From Barthelona sp. PAP020 (lineage: Eukaryota), in the NCBI GenBank assembly GCA_040182905.1, contig JARQWU010000021.1:1-64000 (forward strand): 64,000 nt of DNA, read 5' to 3'. Below are positions 40,542 to 50,884 of the stretch, piece after piece (the stretch's first letter is position 1; each line of letters begins with the position of its first letter). Made by a program: the position numbers and the translations under genes. The notes under the pieces are model-generated. The model was not told the DNA's origin. It was given only the letters and a program-made list of their open reading frames with translations, and ran no database searches.

Positions 40542-41816
40542 TTAAAAATTATAGACAGATTTTGGATATTTCTGAACGATTTCGAAAGATGGGTCTTGAA
40601 ATTGGACAAACTGCTCAATATCACTATCAGAAGAATCTCCAGACTTTTCTTTCAATTCTTTTTCTTTTTCAAGACGAATCCAAAGAGTATGTGGAAATTC
40701 GAACTCTTTCCACCTAAAAGTTTCCAAATAATTGAATAAATTGAATACCAAAACATTGAAAATATCGATCATATCTTCGTTATCATAGTATCTTCTAAAA
40801 GGCATTGGATTAACTGTGGCACATAGGTGATCACATTCGGGCAATAAAACATGAAAGGCCCCAGGCAATTTTGTACTATAATAAGGCACAACACCATCAG
40901 ATTTTTGCTCCAACTGAATTTGTAAGAATGTAAAAGCTGCAGTTTCTTTCATGATATTGATGAAACTTTTGTTAATTGTTTCATTTACCGCATCAACAGC
41001 CAAACCAATTGCTTTTGTTATTTCAAGTCCTGATCGCCAAATAGACCAAATTTTACTCAAAAGTGTGGTGGAAAACGCTTCTTTTAGACCAACTTTAACA
41101 ATATTCAAAGAAGCTTCTCCAAAATCAGGAGTATATATTGAGCCTGCTGAAATGGTTGGGATGCGACATAGCAATTTTACAATTGAATCATGATGCTCAT
41201 TCATATACTCAACTCTTCTTTCGGTTTCAAGGTCTTTTGCACTTTCAAGTCTTCCACCTGTTGATTCTAAAGCTATTTTTGAAATGATATCTGGCGCCAT
41301 ATCAGCTATTTCAGTTCCATAAAAAGGAGATTGATAAGCAATCCAGCCTTTGATATTGTTGGTAACTTCTGGATGATGTAAAAGACAGTGTAAAAAATCC
41401 ATACCACCTTTTGAATGGGTTACCATCAATATTTCAATGTAAGAGTTTTCTTCAATCAATTTTAACAGCACATTTCTAATGGCTAACGCATTATTTTGAA
41501 CACCAAGTTGACTATGAAATCCCTTACAATCAGCTAAATCAGTAAAAGGAATATTTATGGATTTTAAATAGCTCTTTAAAACTTCAAAAGTAGCCCCAGA
41601 ATTTTTTTCCATGGGTAATTCTAATTCTGGCAAAGCTTTCAATATTTTAGGTCCAAATTCAGGAATAAGTCCTAAGACTTTTTCAATAAGTTCTTTACTC
41701 TCCTTCAATAAAGTGTTTTCCAAATCATTAAATATTTGACTTAAAAATCCCGGAACAAAACAAATATGATATCTACATAGTTTTGTTTTCAACGAATTAA
41801 TATCAATATCAATCAT
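40542..41816 (-). CDS. Alpha/beta hydrolase (lipase/esterase-like)
   Basis: Oxyanion-type FVPGF, nucleophile elbow THSKGG, QSPFYGTEIAD, SDGVVP (acid) and CDH (His). Confidence 0.8.
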   Translation of the reverse strand: MIDIDINSLKTKLCRYHICFVPGFLSQIFNDLENTLLKESKELIEKVLGLIPEFGPKILKALPELELPMEKNSGATFEVLKSYLKSINIPFTDLADCKGFHSQLGVQNNALAIRNVLLKLIEENSYIEILMVTHSKGGMDFLHCLLHHPEVTNNIKGWIAYQSPFYGTEIADMAPDIISKIALESTGGRLESAKDLETERRVEYMNEHHDSIVKLLCRIPTISAGSIYTPDFGEASLNIVKVGLKEAFSTTLLSKIWSIWRSGLEITKAIGLAVDAVNETINKSFINIMKETAAFTFLQIQLEQKSDGVVPYYSTKLPGAFHVLLPECDHLCATVNPMPFRRYYDNEDMIDIFNVLVFNLFNYLETFRWKEFEFPHTLWIRLEKEKELKEKSGDSSDSDIEQFVQFQDPSFEIVQKYPKSVYNF

Positions 41817-41878
41817 TTAAAATCAAAAAAAAAAGGAATATTTTCAGCTTGGAAAACAGTGTTTATGAAAACTACACA

Positions 41879-42925
41879 TTATTGATCATCAGCCCATTTG
41901 TCTGCAAAAGCCAATAATCTATTGGTATTAGCAATCTGTTTTGACTGGGAAGGAATTTGAGGAGAATAAAATGAGTGAAGATAATTCCTTGAAATTTCTT
42001 GCTCTTCCAAATTGCCAAATCTTTGTGTTAATTCAAAAAAAGCTTGAAACAAATGAAATCTATCTTTATTTTTTTCAAAAGCATTTGGATGAATTCTCAA
42101 CAAATCGATATAAAAATCACAACCTTTCTTCATGACTTCAAAAGTATGATCATATCCAACATTTATCAATAAATATTTTGAAAATTCCAGCCATATTTCA
42201 AAATCAGCTAATATGGGCGAAAAACAAATTCTGTGAAAAATTTCTTCAGTGTATTCTGGAAAAATTTCAACAAGACTCAAAAATTGTTCCAAATTTTCAG
42301 GATTCTTCTCACATTCCCTTAAATAAATATCTAATGCTTCATTGGTAAATGTATGAATGATATCAGAAGCAAAAGTTAAAATTTTTTCAGAATCATCATT
42401 AGAATCATCAATAGATATTGTCCAAAGTTCGAACAAGTTTCTACATTCTTCATTTAACTCCAAAAAATGATATATCTGATAAAATGAATGAAACAAAGAT
42501 GTATTTTTACATAATTTTAATGAAAGATTTACAATATCATTAAATTTATTTATATTATGTCTACGAATATAAAATAATGCTGTTTGATACCAGAATTCAG
42601 GTAATATTATTTCTTTTTGTGTACTCCAATCAATTAATTCATTCATCAGTTCAATACCAATGGTAAGATAATCCGTGTGTAACTCAATAAATAGAATTAA
42701 TAATAATCTACAAAAACCATACCATTCAACATTTTCATAAGAAACATTGTTACAATTATCAATTAAATCGTCTATTGAATGATATGATTTTTGAAATAAT
42801 TGAAATTGGCAAGTGAAATAATTAATCAATTTTCGTGAATCGCTTTTGGAATCATTTAAATATTGGTTCGCTTGTTTAATTAATGTTTCAATATTTTGAT
42901 GATATTTTTCTTCATTATCATTCAT
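41879..42925 (-). CDS. Hypothetical helical-repeat (HAT/TPR-like) protein
   Basis: 348 aa with periodic Trp/Tyr helices (EFWYQTALF, EIWLEFSKY, LFQAFFEL..RFGN). Confidence 0.55.
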   Translation of the reverse strand: MNDNEEKYHQNIETLIKQANQYLNDSKSDSRKLINYFTCQFQLFQKSYHSIDDLIDNCNNVSYENVEWYGFCRLLLILFIELHTDYLTIGIELMNELIDWSTQKEIILPEFWYQTALFYIRRHNINKFNDIVNLSLKLCKNTSLFHSFYQIYHFLELNEECRNLFELWTISIDDSNDDSEKILTFASDIIHTFTNEALDIYLRECEKNPENLEQFLSLVEIFPEYTEEIFHRICFSPILADFEIWLEFSKYLLINVGYDHTFEVMKKGCDFYIDLLRIHPNAFEKNKDRFHLFQAFFELTQRFGNLEEQEISRNYLHSFYSPQIPSQSKQIANTNRLLAFADKWADDQ

Positions 42926-43004
42926 AATATTATTAGTTGAAAGAAATTTTGTTGTTGATAAAAATGAAAAAATGTTTAGTTTTTTTTTATCGCTTAATCA
43001 ACAA

Positions 43005-44648
43005 ATGGTAATTGAAAATATAGAAAATTTCGATGATTATAATGATTATGGTACTAATATTGTAACGAAATTTGAAAGTTTTGAAAAATTTAATCACAAG
43101 TTGGATGCAAAATTAAATACTAGGAAAAAAGACAAAAAGGATCGAGCTACAAAAGAACAAGTTTTAGATAAGATAACTAAAGGTATTTTATATCGTTTTG
43201 TTTCCCAAGGAATCTTTGATGAATTAGGGGAATGTGTTAGCACTGGAAAAGAAGCAAATGTTTATTCTGGCATAACAACAAAGGAAACATTAGCTGTAAA
43301 GATATTTAAAACCTCAATCCTAGTCTTTAAAGATAGAGATCGTTACATTTCTGGTGAATATAGGTTTAGATATGGCTATTCGAAGAAAAATCCAAGAAAA
43401 ATGGTTAGTTTATGGGCTGAAAAAGAATTCCGAAATTTAAAACGTTTGAAAGCTGGAAATTTACCTGTTCCCACACCTATTGCATTGAAAAATCATGTCA
43501 TTGTGATGGAGTTTTTGGGAAAGAATGGTGTTGCTGCGCCAAGATTGAAAAATGTTAATCTTCCTTTTCTTGTTGAAGAGGGACTAAGACGAATGAATGA
43601 TCCGAGATTAGATGATGAAGCTTTCTTTGAAAAGCAAGTTTTAAAGAAGTTAGACAAAGTTAAAAGAAATTTATATGTTCAACTATGCATTATGATGCGA
43701 AGTATGTTTCAAACATGTAGGCTTGTTCACGCTGATCTTTCAGAATACAATATTTTGTATTTTGAGCAGAAATTATGGATCATTGATGTATCTCAATCTG
43801 TTGAGCACGACCATCCTAATGCATTTGAATTTTTAAGATCTGATATCAAAAATGTGAATGATTTTTGGAAAAAGCAAGGGATTGAGACTTTGACGAATGA
43901 AGAATTGTTTTCATTTATTCTTTTGGATTCTCTCTATCTTGCCAGGATAAAAATTCCCCCTAGTTATGAGAAACATTTGATTTCTGGTGATGATGTTCAA
44001 GAACGAAGTGCTGAATTTTTACTCAGAGCACTTTTGAAGCACAGAAGAGAAAATCCACTGGAAATAACTCATGAGGATGAAATCTTTGAAAAATTATTTA
44101 TGTCTGTCTTCATTCCACAAAAGTTGGGAGAAACTGAATTTGATGAAGTGGAAGAAAAGGAAGATAACGGTGCATGGGTTGTGTTACCACCTCAACTAGA
44201 ATTCACACCTTATTTTATTGATTTCATCGAGGATAAACTTGCGGACACTGGAATAATTGAGCTTATACCCGAAGAAGAAATAGATCCTGATGTTTTGAAT
44301 GATTTCAAGTTACGTACCAAACCCAGGTTTAGTGATGAGGATTATATTCAAGAAGTTGCAATTAGAGAACAAGAAAAAATATCTAGAAACAAGAAAGTTT
44401 CCTCAAATCCCATAAAAATTGAACTAGAAACCAATTTCAAAGAGCTTCAATCACAAACTACAGTTGATACTACGAATCCAGAATGGAACAGTATTGCGGA
44501 TAAGAAAGAAAGAAATGAATTGAGAAAAGAACACAATAAAATGATTAAAAAGCTTAATAAGGAACGTAGAGAAATGAAAAAAGAATTAAGTGGAGGTAAG
44601 AAAGAAAAAAAGAGAAAAATCAAAAAATCTAAATCATCACAAAAATAA
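43005..44648 (+). CDS. RIOK1: Atypical kinase RIO1
   Basis: DRATKEQVLD, STGKEANVY, KTSILVFKDRDRYISGEYRFR, WAEKEFRNL, LVHADLSEYN and IDVSQSVEHDHP. Lys-rich tail. The alternative start is 42972. Confidence 0.95.
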   Translation: MVIENIENFDDYNDYGTNIVTKFESFEKFNHKLDAKLNTRKKDKKDRATKEQVLDKITKGILYRFVSQGIFDELGECVSTGKEANVYSGITTKETLAVKIFKTSILVFKDRDRYISGEYRFRYGYSKKNPRKMVSLWAEKEFRNLKRLKAGNLPVPTPIALKNHVIVMEFLGKNGVAAPRLKNVNLPFLVEEGLRRMNDPRLDDEAFFEKQVLKKLDKVKRNLYVQLCIMMRSMFQTCRLVHADLSEYNILYFEQKLWIIDVSQSVEHDHPNAFEFLRSDIKNVNDFWKKQGIETLTNEELFSFILLDSLYLARIKIPPSYEKHLISGDDVQERSAEFLLRALLKHRRENPLEITHEDEIFEKLFMSVFIPQKLGETEFDEVEEKEDNGAWVVLPPQLEFTPYFIDFIEDKLADTGIIELIPEEEIDPDVLNDFKLRTKPRFSDEDYIQEVAIREQEKISRNKKVSSNPIKIELETNFKELQSQTTVDTTNPEWNSIADKKERNELRKEHNKMIKKLNKERREMKKELSGGKKEKKRKIKKSKSSQK

Positions 44649-44879
44649 CATTATTTTTTCAAATTTTATTGGATAAAGCGGTCAACAAAGTTTTTTTTTT
44701 TCTAAGAAAGATCATTGTTTTATAATTGGGTTTTGAAAATGAGAATTGGTCAAAATTTTCTTTTCTTTTAGATATTTCGTTATTTTTCCATGATGAATAT
44801 GAAGATTTGGAGAAAGTAAATTCTCTCAAAAAGAGAATATGTTAAAATCAAAAAAAAAAAATTGAGAATCAAATGAAAT

Positions 44880-46004
44880 TTATTTCGGCACAAAATCAGA
44901 ATAAGAACACATTAACAAAGCAATTGGAAGGAATAAATTATCAATACCATCAATAATAAATTCTAAAAAACCAGTGATTACACTGATCAAAATAAAATTT
45001 TTAATTTCAAGCGCATAACAAGCAAAAATCATCCAAATTACACAAGCCAAAACACCACCAACTGATTTACTGTTATTAAACCTTTTAATTGGGAAAATCG
45101 AACCAATACAAGCTGCAGCAGCATCACCAAATGTTAATACACATAATGGAATAAAAGCATTTGAAGAATAATCAACAAAAAAACCACAGGATGCACCTAA
45201 CAATAAAGCCCAATGTGAAAATAAAACTTCTTTTTCTTCTTTTCTTGAAAACTTTAACATCTGGTTTCTTAAATCAATAAGATACGAATTCTTGAAATCA
45301 AACATTGAATAGAACATTTCAACAGCAATCATCACGATAAATGCAAGAAATATTAAAAACCTGAGAAGTTCAACAGATTTGTCATGCAAAATAATCACAA
45401 TAAAGAAAAAAATAAAATGAAAAAATTTTCTTACTACCATTTGAGGTAACCAACTGATAATAAAAGGAAAAATCAAAAAACACGCTAAAAACAGTATATA
45501 CGGAAAAATTTGAAATAAATCAACCAAATTAATGTGTGAAAAAGAATAAATTGTGGGTAGAAATGGAATAAAAATTACATTGGCTATTAATAAAAAAAAT
45601 ATCATTTTCATTGGTGTTTTTAAAGAAATACAACAAAATGAAATGAATACAAAACAAAAACGTATGTCATAAGGGAATAACATAATTTGTATCAACAAAA
45701 AAATACTTAAACCTTCTCTTAGAGGTAAAATATTAGGGCATGTTAGAAGAACAATCCCAACACATCCTATAACCTTCAGCATTTCATAATAATTACCATA
45801 ACTAAAATAAATAATGGGAATTAAAAGAATATAACTGATATATTTCTTTGTTAAATAAAATATTGTAAGAAAAATTAGTCCTAATTGTATCGATTTGGTC
45901 GAATATTGTGAAAATAAAAAGAAAGAGTTCATGTACAACCAAAAGCCAATAACATCATGTAAGTTATCTTTTTTAGTATCTTTAGATCGGAATAACTCTT
46001 TCAT
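44880..46004 (-). CDS. DOLK: Dolichol kinase-like polytopic membrane protein (CTP-transferase family)
   Basis: Many TM segments, with RKFFH, SHWALLLG, GDAAAACIGS, KSVGG and IDNLFLP. Confidence 0.8.
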   Translation of the reverse strand: MKELFRSKDTKKDNLHDVIGFWLYMNSFFLFSQYSTKSIQLGLIFLTIFYLTKKYISYILLIPIIYFSYGNYYEMLKVIGCVGIVLLTCPNILPLREGLSIFLLIQIMLFPYDIRFCFVFISFCCISLKTPMKMIFFLLIANVIFIPFLPTIYSFSHINLVDLFQIFPYILFLACFLIFPFIISWLPQMVVRKFFHFIFFFIVIILHDKSVELLRFLIFLAFIVMIAVEMFYSMFDFKNSYLIDLRNQMLKFSRKEEKEVLFSHWALLLGASCGFFVDYSSNAFIPLCVLTFGDAAAACIGSIFPIKRFNNSKSVGGVLACVIWMIFACYALEIKNFILISVITGFLEFIIDGIDNLFLPIALLMCSYSDFVPK

Positions 46005-46187
46005 AAAACATAAAATATAAAATTTGATTAAGACCACATAAAAAAATTATAATCACAGATTTATTTCAAATAATAAAACAAATAATTAGTGTTAATAAAG
46101 TGTCATTTTAAACAAGCTATGAATAATTTCTATTTAATGAAATATTAAAAGTGAATCTTTGTTTTTGTTTGTCAATTTGGAGATTTT

Positions 46188-48284
46188 ATGGCAAATCTTC
46201 TGCAAAAATATTCGATATCTTTTCAAAAGATTGATATATCCAATATTGATGAATTAATTGCTAGTTCTCAATCAACTTGTTGTTATTTTGATAATAGTTT
46301 GATAATATTTGGTGGAATGACAGCTAAAGGTGCTACTAATCGTTTATACATTTATAATGAGCATAATCTATTGTTGAAATATGAAGAAAATGCATTAATT
46401 TCACCCCGATATGGTCATTCTGCTTGCATATATGGTAGTTATATGTATATATTTGGCGGAAAGAATGATAAAAGAACATTTAATGATATTTGGAGATATA
46501 ATTTACGTACTAATCAATGGACTGAATTAGAGATTGATTCGTATAAACCACAAGCAAGATATAATCATTGTTGTGTTGTTTATGATGATAATATGTTTCT
46601 TTTTGGTGGTGTATCTGATACCTATTTGAATGATTTCCACAGATTTAATTTTGACACATGTAGTTGGTCTCATATTGAATCAACAACAACCCCTTTACCA
46701 AGATACAATCATCGAATGGTTATTTTTAAAGGCCACATATATCTTCATGGGGGGTTTACGTTTTTGAATGGACCTACATATTTGGCAGATATATGGAGTT
46801 TTGATCCTGGTTTAACACCGGACAAAATGGATTGGCAAAGGATTATTTTGAGTGATGAAGCGGATATTAGACGTGAAAGTCATGGTCTATTATGTATGGA
46901 AAGCCATTTGATTATTTTTGGTGGGAGAAATGAAGAAGGATTATGTAATAAAACGATGATTGTTGATTTGAATGAAAAAAGATGTGTATTTCAGCAAGAA
47001 CTGAAGAACTTACCACAACTTGTTTCATTTGCTTTTGCTTTCAAAACACCAAATAACATATTTGTTGTCAACGGATCTACTGGTATGGGCAGATATAATA
47101 ACGGGATATATGAGGGACTAATAAACCTCCGAACAGAATTGCTATTGGAAAAACAGGAAAGTGAATCAACCAAAGATAAGAATAGTGTGGAATTACCATC
47201 CATGATCGATTTAACTACTTTATATTGTGATAGTGTTATCAAATGTCAAGATGGTGAATTGCCAATTTGGAATGCTATCTTTGAGTGTCGTATCCCCAAT
47301 TTTGGTCGCGTCACTGATATGAATATGAACATTGTGAATGCTTTATTCTATTATTGTGTTACGGATACTTTACCGACAGGATTGACCCCTAGAGAGGTAG
47401 CTATTTTGGCTGTCACAGCTAATCGTTTACAAATAGACTATTTATACAAGATTACATTTGAGTATTTCGAATCCTTGATTAACAGAGAAAACGTGACTGA
47501 AATCTGTCTGTTATTGGAGGATTTTAATCTTTTGATTTTTTCAGGGATTACTGCACAACACATCTTTCTATTTTCCTCTGAATTGAATGATTCAGAGTTG
47601 ATTTTGATTTTGAGAACCCACTGTGGATTGTTATATGTGAAAGCACTGCAAAATGAAGATTTCTTCAACAGTTCAAAGTGGAAAATAGATTCTAATGTAC
47701 ATTCAAAACATGCTACAGATATTCTCAGATTGTACACTGAGAAAATCGACTTTGATTGTGTGCTAATGTATGAAAATATGGAAATTTGTAGATGTCATCG
47801 GGTAATTTTAGCGTTATATTCACCTGTTTTCACAAATTTATTGAAAGAAAAGAATAGAGAATCAATGATTCAAATTAATTTACCAACCTACATTCCTAAA
47901 CAGATCTGTGATTGTATTGAAAAGATAATTTCATATTTATATTCAAAACAAGTGCCTAGTTTGAATTTTTTGCAAAGTTTTTCAAATTTAATTTTCATTT
48001 CAAATTATGACATTGTCGTTCCCAAGTTATTTAATGTTTTGGTTGAAAAAATCATTTTAGAAATTGAATCTAGTGCTCATGTATTCCCAATGTTGAAAAA
48101 TTTGTATCAAATAAAACATTCAGAAACATTTAACTATTCCAAACATTATGATTTCTTCAATTCCTTGGAAAATAAGATATTCAATTATTATTATCAAAAT
48201 GAGCAGTTTTTAAGGTCAAATCCAGAATTAGTTTCTTTGCCAAGAGATATTCTTATCTCTCTTTTGCAAAAGATTCCATTATGA
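46188..48284 (+). CDS. Kelch-repeat plus tandem BTB/POZ protein (LZTR1-like architecture)
   Basis: Kelch repeats (PRYGHSA..YIFGG, RYNH..FLFGG, YLHGG, IIFGG). Two BTB-like blocks follow (CDSVIKC..AIFECR and DCVL..CHRVILALYSPVF). Confidence 0.85.
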   Translation: MANLLQKYSISFQKIDISNIDELIASSQSTCCYFDNSLIIFGGMTAKGATNRLYIYNEHNLLLKYEENALISPRYGHSACIYGSYMYIFGGKNDKRTFNDIWRYNLRTNQWTELEIDSYKPQARYNHCCVVYDDNMFLFGGVSDTYLNDFHRFNFDTCSWSHIESTTTPLPRYNHRMVIFKGHIYLHGGFTFLNGPTYLADIWSFDPGLTPDKMDWQRIILSDEADIRRESHGLLCMESHLIIFGGRNEEGLCNKTMIVDLNEKRCVFQQELKNLPQLVSFAFAFKTPNNIFVVNGSTGMGRYNNGIYEGLINLRTELLLEKQESESTKDKNSVELPSMIDLTTLYCDSVIKCQDGELPIWNAIFECRIPNFGRVTDMNMNIVNALFYYCVTDTLPTGLTPREVAILAVTANRLQIDYLYKITFEYFESLINRENVTEICLLLEDFNLLIFSGITAQHIFLFSSELNDSELILILRTHCGLLYVKALQNEDFFNSSKWKIDSNVHSKHATDILRLYTEKIDFDCVLMYENMEICRCHRVILALYSPVFTNLLKEKNRESMIQINLPTYIPKQICDCIEKIISYLYSKQVPSLNFLQSFSNLIFISNYDIVVPKLFNVLVEKIILEIESSAHVFPMLKNLYQIKHSETFNYSKHYDFFNSLENKIFNYYYQNEQFLRSNPELVSLPRDILISLLQKIPL

Positions 48285-48693
48285 CAATTGTAAATTTTTG
48301 TGTTTTTTGTTTTATTATTCAAAGCTTGATTTGGCATATTTTTGTCTCAAAATATGGTGTAAGAATGACTGAGAACTGTTTTTCATGTTGAAAGCAGATT
48401 TTTCCTTTGTATAGTTTTGTTTCTACGAAATAGAATGATGTTTAACCAGTAATTCGTGTTAATATATGAATGATTAGATGAATTTGATTATTAATCAACC
48501 ATAATTGACACAATAATTAAAAAGAAAGCGAAAATTTCATCAAACAAAATGAGGAATTCAAAAACATGAAAAAAAAGTCCTTTTTATTTCATAAACAGGT
48601 GTAAAAACACAAATTGAAGCTTTAATACTAGAAAACTTCAAAGATTGCCTAGTTAAATTGATTTTGATCATTTTTTTTAGTTAACCATGTGAC

Positions 48694-49908
48694 ATGATTG
48701 ATGAGTCAAAAAATAAGTTGGTGGAGAAAATTCTTCACAATGCCCTTCCCCAAAAAATTGATGAAAAGAGTGTTAAGGAAATTGAATCTGCAATTGCTGG
48801 TTATATGAATGATATTGAATATTCTGTAGATGGTAAACTTTTGGTGATTGGTGGTAATAGTGGCGATGTTCAGGTGATTAATGCAGGAACTAATAGATTG
48901 AATCGCACTTTAACAGATCACACACATTGGGTTCTTTGTATCGCTTTTTCATCAGATGGACAAAAATTAGCTACTTGTTCCTTTGATCATTCTATTGTTG
49001 TATACAATCTTCCAGATTTTTCAATTTTTAACAGATTATTGACCAATGCATCTATTTTTGGAATTTGTTTTTCCAATTGTTCCAATTATGTCTATTCTTG
49101 TGACAATGAGGGAACTTTAAAGAAATGGGACATAAATAATTGCATGGTTGTCTTGGAAAAAATAATTCATTCAAATAGTGTTTGGAGGATTAAACTTTCA
49201 AAAGATAGTAGGCATCTCCTAACTTGTAGTGATGATAAAACAGTGAAATTAGTTGACCCTTGTCATTTCTCTGTTATTCGTTCATTTGATCATGATGGAT
49301 CTGTTAGAGCTATCGAATTTCATCCAACCAAAAGAATTATTGCTGCTGGTGATGAATTAAACAAAGTAAAACTGTGGAACATAGATGATGGATCCCTTCT
49401 TCACACATTTGATATGGGTGGTCAAGTATTTTCTTTACATTTTTTGGGAAGCAATCTCTTGCTGATCATGTCTGGTGATGGATATATTACTTTATTCAAT
49501 ATTGATCACTTTTCTGACATTCAAAAGGTTTATTGTGGTTGTTCAAGTTGTTTTTTTTCTTTTGCTATATCACCTGATAGGACACAGTTAGCGTGTGGAC
49601 AATGTGAAGGTAATGTAATTAAGATGTATTCAGTGGCACATTCTTATGATCCGTTTCGTCAATCTGAACTTATTGAATTATCAAAGACCGATGGGAATGT
49701 GTTATCGAATCTATTAGGTATGAATGTTGATCTTCAAATCATTAGACAGTTGGTAAGCGCTGGTATCTGCATGAATGAAGAGGATTACAATATGACTATT
49801 GAAACATGTTGGGATTTAGTTGATCTCAATGAAAATAATGGAGGCAATATGCAGACCTTTGCAGTTGAACACTGTGAGAATAGTGATGATGATATTGATG
49901 ATGATTAA
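48694..49908 (+). CDS. WD40-repeat protein with an unassigned helical C-terminal domain
   Basis: About 7 WD blades (LTDHTHWVLCIAFSSDGQKLATCSFD, TLKKWD, KVKLWN), then a roughly 85-aa helical/acidic tail. Confidence 0.85.
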   Translation: MIDESKNKLVEKILHNALPQKIDEKSVKEIESAIAGYMNDIEYSVDGKLLVIGGNSGDVQVINAGTNRLNRTLTDHTHWVLCIAFSSDGQKLATCSFDHSIVVYNLPDFSIFNRLLTNASIFGICFSNCSNYVYSCDNEGTLKKWDINNCMVVLEKIIHSNSVWRIKLSKDSRHLLTCSDDKTVKLVDPCHFSVIRSFDHDGSVRAIEFHPTKRIIAAGDELNKVKLWNIDDGSLLHTFDMGGQVFSLHFLGSNLLLIMSGDGYITLFNIDHFSDIQKVYCGCSSCFFSFAISPDRTQLACGQCEGNVIKMYSVAHSYDPFRQSELIELSKTDGNVLSNLLGMNVDLQIIRQLVSAGICMNEEDYNMTIETCWDLVDLNENNGGNMQTFAVEHCENSDDDIDDD

Positions 49909-50884
49909 TCGATTGTGCGGCACAACAAACAAGACTATGCAGGCATTTCAACTTAATTTTTTTATTTATTTATTTACCAGTGTAAATTCAAGCCAATGAT
50001 GGTAATTTCAACCATTATTTTTTTTGAATGCTTTTTTGATGGCTCTGCAAATAAAGGATTCAAGCAGGTTTACAAGTCTGAAAGAAAGTTCTAAAGTGTG
50101 CCTCCTCTTATTACTGTAAAGGATCAGCAGTTTGTTATTTTTTGAATTAGAATCAATAAATAGGGTAATAGTTATCAATTAGGTGCTGTGTTGTGAAAAA
50201 TAATTGATAGATATTCAGTTTGGAAAAAAAAAGGAAAAAACAATTTACACTCCCATAGAACTGTTAATTGGAAAAGAAATGCCCTGTTGGGTTGGTGAAT
50301 CAAACATAAACCTTTAAAAAGGTACTTCATTCTTTCAGTTACTTTTTAACTTCCAATATTTAATTGAAAGGTCAATAAACTTGACAAATTTATCATCTTT
50401 CGCATACAAAGATTGAAAGATAAATGCTTGCAAGTTAAAGTTGAATTTAGCAAGATTTATTTGGCAAAATATGAACTTCAATTTGAAAGGTCGAAAATAT
50501 TTCTTATTTTTCCACATTCAAAAGTTTTTATCTAGGATTCAACATGTAATATTTGCATTCATAAGTTTATTACAACCAGTCTTTTGGTATAAAGTGAATA
50601 AAATAACATAGTTAAAGAAAATATCATTGAAATTGGATAAAATTTACACTTATTTTCATATTTTCATATTTTCAAAACACTCAACCCATATCACTGGAAA
50701 TTTCTTTCATTTTCAAGAAAGAAAAGATCGATTTTTCAGCTTTCTGACGAGAAGCACAGTATTAACATCCTATAAAAGGCTCAAAATAACACTCACGGTC
50801 ATCATTTTAGTTTTGTTCATAAATATAAAGGAAAAATTTTTTTGTAAAAAAGGAATATTGATTGTTTATCTTTTGTTTGATACA

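Noticed and set aside
50627..50884. N-terminal extensions from TTG/GTG starts in the ORF track (also 16537, 19501, 29302, 40017, 46037, 60362, 60477)
   Set aside because: They translate AT-rich UTR or promoter sequence. A downstream ATG preceded by an A/T tract fits a eukaryotic start better.
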